From Neodothiora populina (Eukaryota), in assembly GCF_041146345.1 (NCBI RefSeq), contig NW_027191404.1:744001-808000 (forward strand): a DNA stretch of 64,000 bases, read 5' to 3'. Under the pieces are notes generated by a model that saw only the letters and a list, made by a program, of their open reading frames with translations, was not told the DNA's origin and made no database searches. Shown one piece after another: positions 61,801 through 64,000 of this stretch (positions are counted from its first letter, which is position 1; the number at the start of each line of letters is the position of its first letter). Both the position numbers and the translations under genes were made by a program.

Positions 61801-61806
61801 AGACAT
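58805..61806 (-). CDS. plkA: Polo-like kinase (PlkA/Cdc5/Plo1), 4 exons
   Basis: LGKGGFAIC, ALK, TELQIHSKL.HPNIV, HRDLKTGN, DFG and TMCGTPNYLAPE; polo boxes FVSRWVDYS.KHGVGY and Q|MHFPDHTK. Confidence 0.95.
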
Positions 61807-62228
61807 GTTTAATATGGCAGAAGGTTAAGTGACAAGAGTGAGTATGTCTGGTGTAGAAGGGCCGGGCTTCTGATGTTCGGCGTCAAAAGTGTGTTTGTAC
61901 ACCAAAACACACCGGACAGCAACCGGCAACAGCCGATAGACAGTTCCGGATTCCGACAAATTACAGTGAGCGTGCCTTAGGGCAAGCTTGATGAGATGTT
62001 AGAGGTCTACGTCATGCCCTTGTAAGGCTTCCCAAAGCCACAGCAAAAGCCACATTGAGAGCCACAAATCAAGGTAGAGCCGATTACTGCTCCCTGTGAC
62101 AGCTCAGGATCTATAATACCCGTTATTTAGTAGCGCTCCTGCACACTGGATCTCATGTCAGGATAGGTCTCGCGTGAGCATCACAAGATGTATCGTATGA
62201 CAAACACTGCTGCCTTTTCCCATACACC

Positions 62229-63000
62229 ATGTCTTTAACATTGAAACTTGCCTCGCTGGTGGTTCGCACACTGGCCAAGCCTGTCGGCGTATGCCTGATC
62301 CTTCATATACATCCATGCTAGCCATATCGCTGATATCGATGGGCCGTAGAACACAATCAAGAGAAATGCCAGGGAGCATGACGGATTCCGCAGATATTGT
62401 GTCACTTTTGCCCAAGGTCTGCATCGCATAGACATGCGCATGCGTTTGGGCATATTGCACGATGCTGCTGCTCAAGAACGCATGCACGCAAGAGAAGCCG
62501 CAGAAGCCGCAGCGAAGAAGAAGGCGGCCGGGACTCCCACCGTCAAGACTGAGGCTCAAATCAAGGCTGAGGAAGCTGCTGCCACTGAAGCAGAGAAGAC
62601 AAAGGCGTCAGACAAGCCCAAAACTCCTTACAAGCCCAAAATCCGACCGCTGTCCGAGGCCCGCGCAATCGAGCTAGGCGCTAACTTCATTGCGGAGTCC
62701 TTTGTCTTTCTTGTTGCCTTGGGCTGCATTCTCGCCGAGCGGATGTATTCTGGCAGGAAGGAGTCCACCAGGCGCGATGAGGTTGCTGAACGCTTGGAGG
62801 CTTTGGAAGCTCGCGCAGAGAAGATGAATTATCTTGAAGCTGAGATTTCGAGACTGCGTGCAGCTAATGAGACAGAGGCCGCTCCAAAAGCGGTATCTGT
62901 CGGAGATCAAAAGCCCCTTTTAGAGATATCGCAGAAGAAAGAACCAAAAGAAACGAAAGACACGGAAGAGAAGGTAGAGGGCTCAGTACCCACGAAATAA
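62229..63000 (+). CDS. OPA3-like mitochondrial protein, 2 exons
   Basis: MSLTLKLASLVVRTLAKPVG|NTIKRNAREH..FR..C..FAQGLHRIDMR..IRPLSEARAIELGANFIAESFVF; intron 62289-62349. Confidence 0.92.
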
Positions 63001-63661
63001 AGGCATATGCCAGACAGCGATAACTTGTACATACGCAGTGAGAATGAAGACATCACCACTCTTGCGAAATGTTCCCCTCTCGGTCATGGTCTCCTCAGCC
63101 GCCAATAGGTGCGACTGGCCTTACAAGGACAGGCCAACGCATGGCATTCAGCAACGTCCTTTTAAACAGCCCTCGGTAAGTCGTCTACTTGACTGCAAAG
63201 TGCCTAAGGATAATACTCCCGGTCTGTTCCAGTCTTGCAAAGAGGTGCTGAGAACAGGAGTAATCGTACCTTCCTCATCCTGTGCTTTCCTTGATCTAAA
63301 ATATGGAATCACACCGAAATCCTACCACATCATCGATCCCTTCCCCACAACAAGATACCTTACCCTGATACCCGGACTCGTTATGAACCTTGGTCGCGAT
63401 GTTCTGCACCTCTCTACGACGACGTCCCTCGATCAGTGCGGCAGTCTCATCTCTGACATCTGCACCGTTGAGGTTGAAAGGTAATTATGAGCCAGGAGTA
63501 TGTCTCCTACCTTACTGACGCAATAACAAGAATCACAATTGGACACTCACGATGTGGCAATATCTGTACCACATCAGACGTCACAGTCAACAAAAATCAA
63601 GACGACCAGGCAGATTGTTCGGTTCTTGCTTCTTTCGTCTGCGTCAGTTGCGGAAGAGAAC

Positions 63662-64000
63662 ATGTCCACGACTTTTGCTCGTATACGTCGTTTCGCCTCC
63701 TTGACAGGAGGTACAGGTCTCGCTATCGTCATGCTTCTTCAAAGACCTACTGCGAGCAGCAGCAGCAACATCACAACAAGGACAGCAGAGGATCACGTCA
63801 GCAACACTTCCAGCGTGCACGCTTATGTGAAGTTACAAGCCGAACTATTCACAATGCGTGACATTCCGTATCTTCCGATGCTGCCTCTCGCAGAGCTCGC
63901 TAGTCTTTCGAGTCTCCTCGATTCCTACGTCTCGGGACTCCGACAGTCTCAGCAGCAGAAGGAGGTCAAGCCCGCCATGACAGCCGTGTCGCTACTTCCA
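63662..64000 (+). CDS. 3'-partial hypothetical protein running off the window
   Basis: The ATG at 63662 opens a 113-codon stop-free frame to the window end (MSTTFARIRRFASLTGGTGLAIVMLLQ...). No recognisable domain. Confidence 0.35.
   Translation, partial: MSTTFARIRRFASLTGGTGLAIVMLLQRPTASSSSNITTRTAEDHVSNTSSVHAYVKLQAELFTMRDIPYLPMLPLAELASLSSLLDSYVSGLRQSQQQKEVKPAMTAVSLLP

Overview
This is eukaryotic DNA from a filamentous ascomycete (Pezizomycotina; a Dothideomycete affinity is my impression only). It is gene-dense, with mostly short GT-AG introns carrying CTRAC branch points. I built 21 complete gene models by hand, plus one 3'-partial ORF at the window end. In order: Rlm1/RlmA-type MADS factor, Msb1/Mug8-like protein, metallo-beta-lactamase-fold hydrolase, vezatin-like VezA, Sdh5, BTB protein, Erv25, leaderless aspartic protease, PNUTS/Ppn1-like PP1 regulator, Sly1, Btz/CASC3-domain protein, Nbr1-like autophagy receptor, Ubc12, Mrpl20, a ~1750-aa GH16/apple-module mucin-like protein, GH55 exo-beta-1,3-glucanase, Cdc26, a probable mitochondrial protein, class I myosin, Polo kinase and an OPA3-like protein. 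I found no tRNA, rRNA, transposon or CRISPR. The most interesting observations are: (1) a TACCTTACC/GGTAAGGTA element recurring about 150-390 bp upstream of many genes; (2) a 389-nt structured intron with a candidate poison exon in the PNUTS-like gene; (3) a tightly linked GH55+GH16 glucanase pair with a GC-AG intron and an unusual spacer; (4) a divergent rlm1/msb1 pair; (5) a pepsin without a signal peptide. All family calls rest on motif recognition, not database searches, and splice models are unverified predictions.
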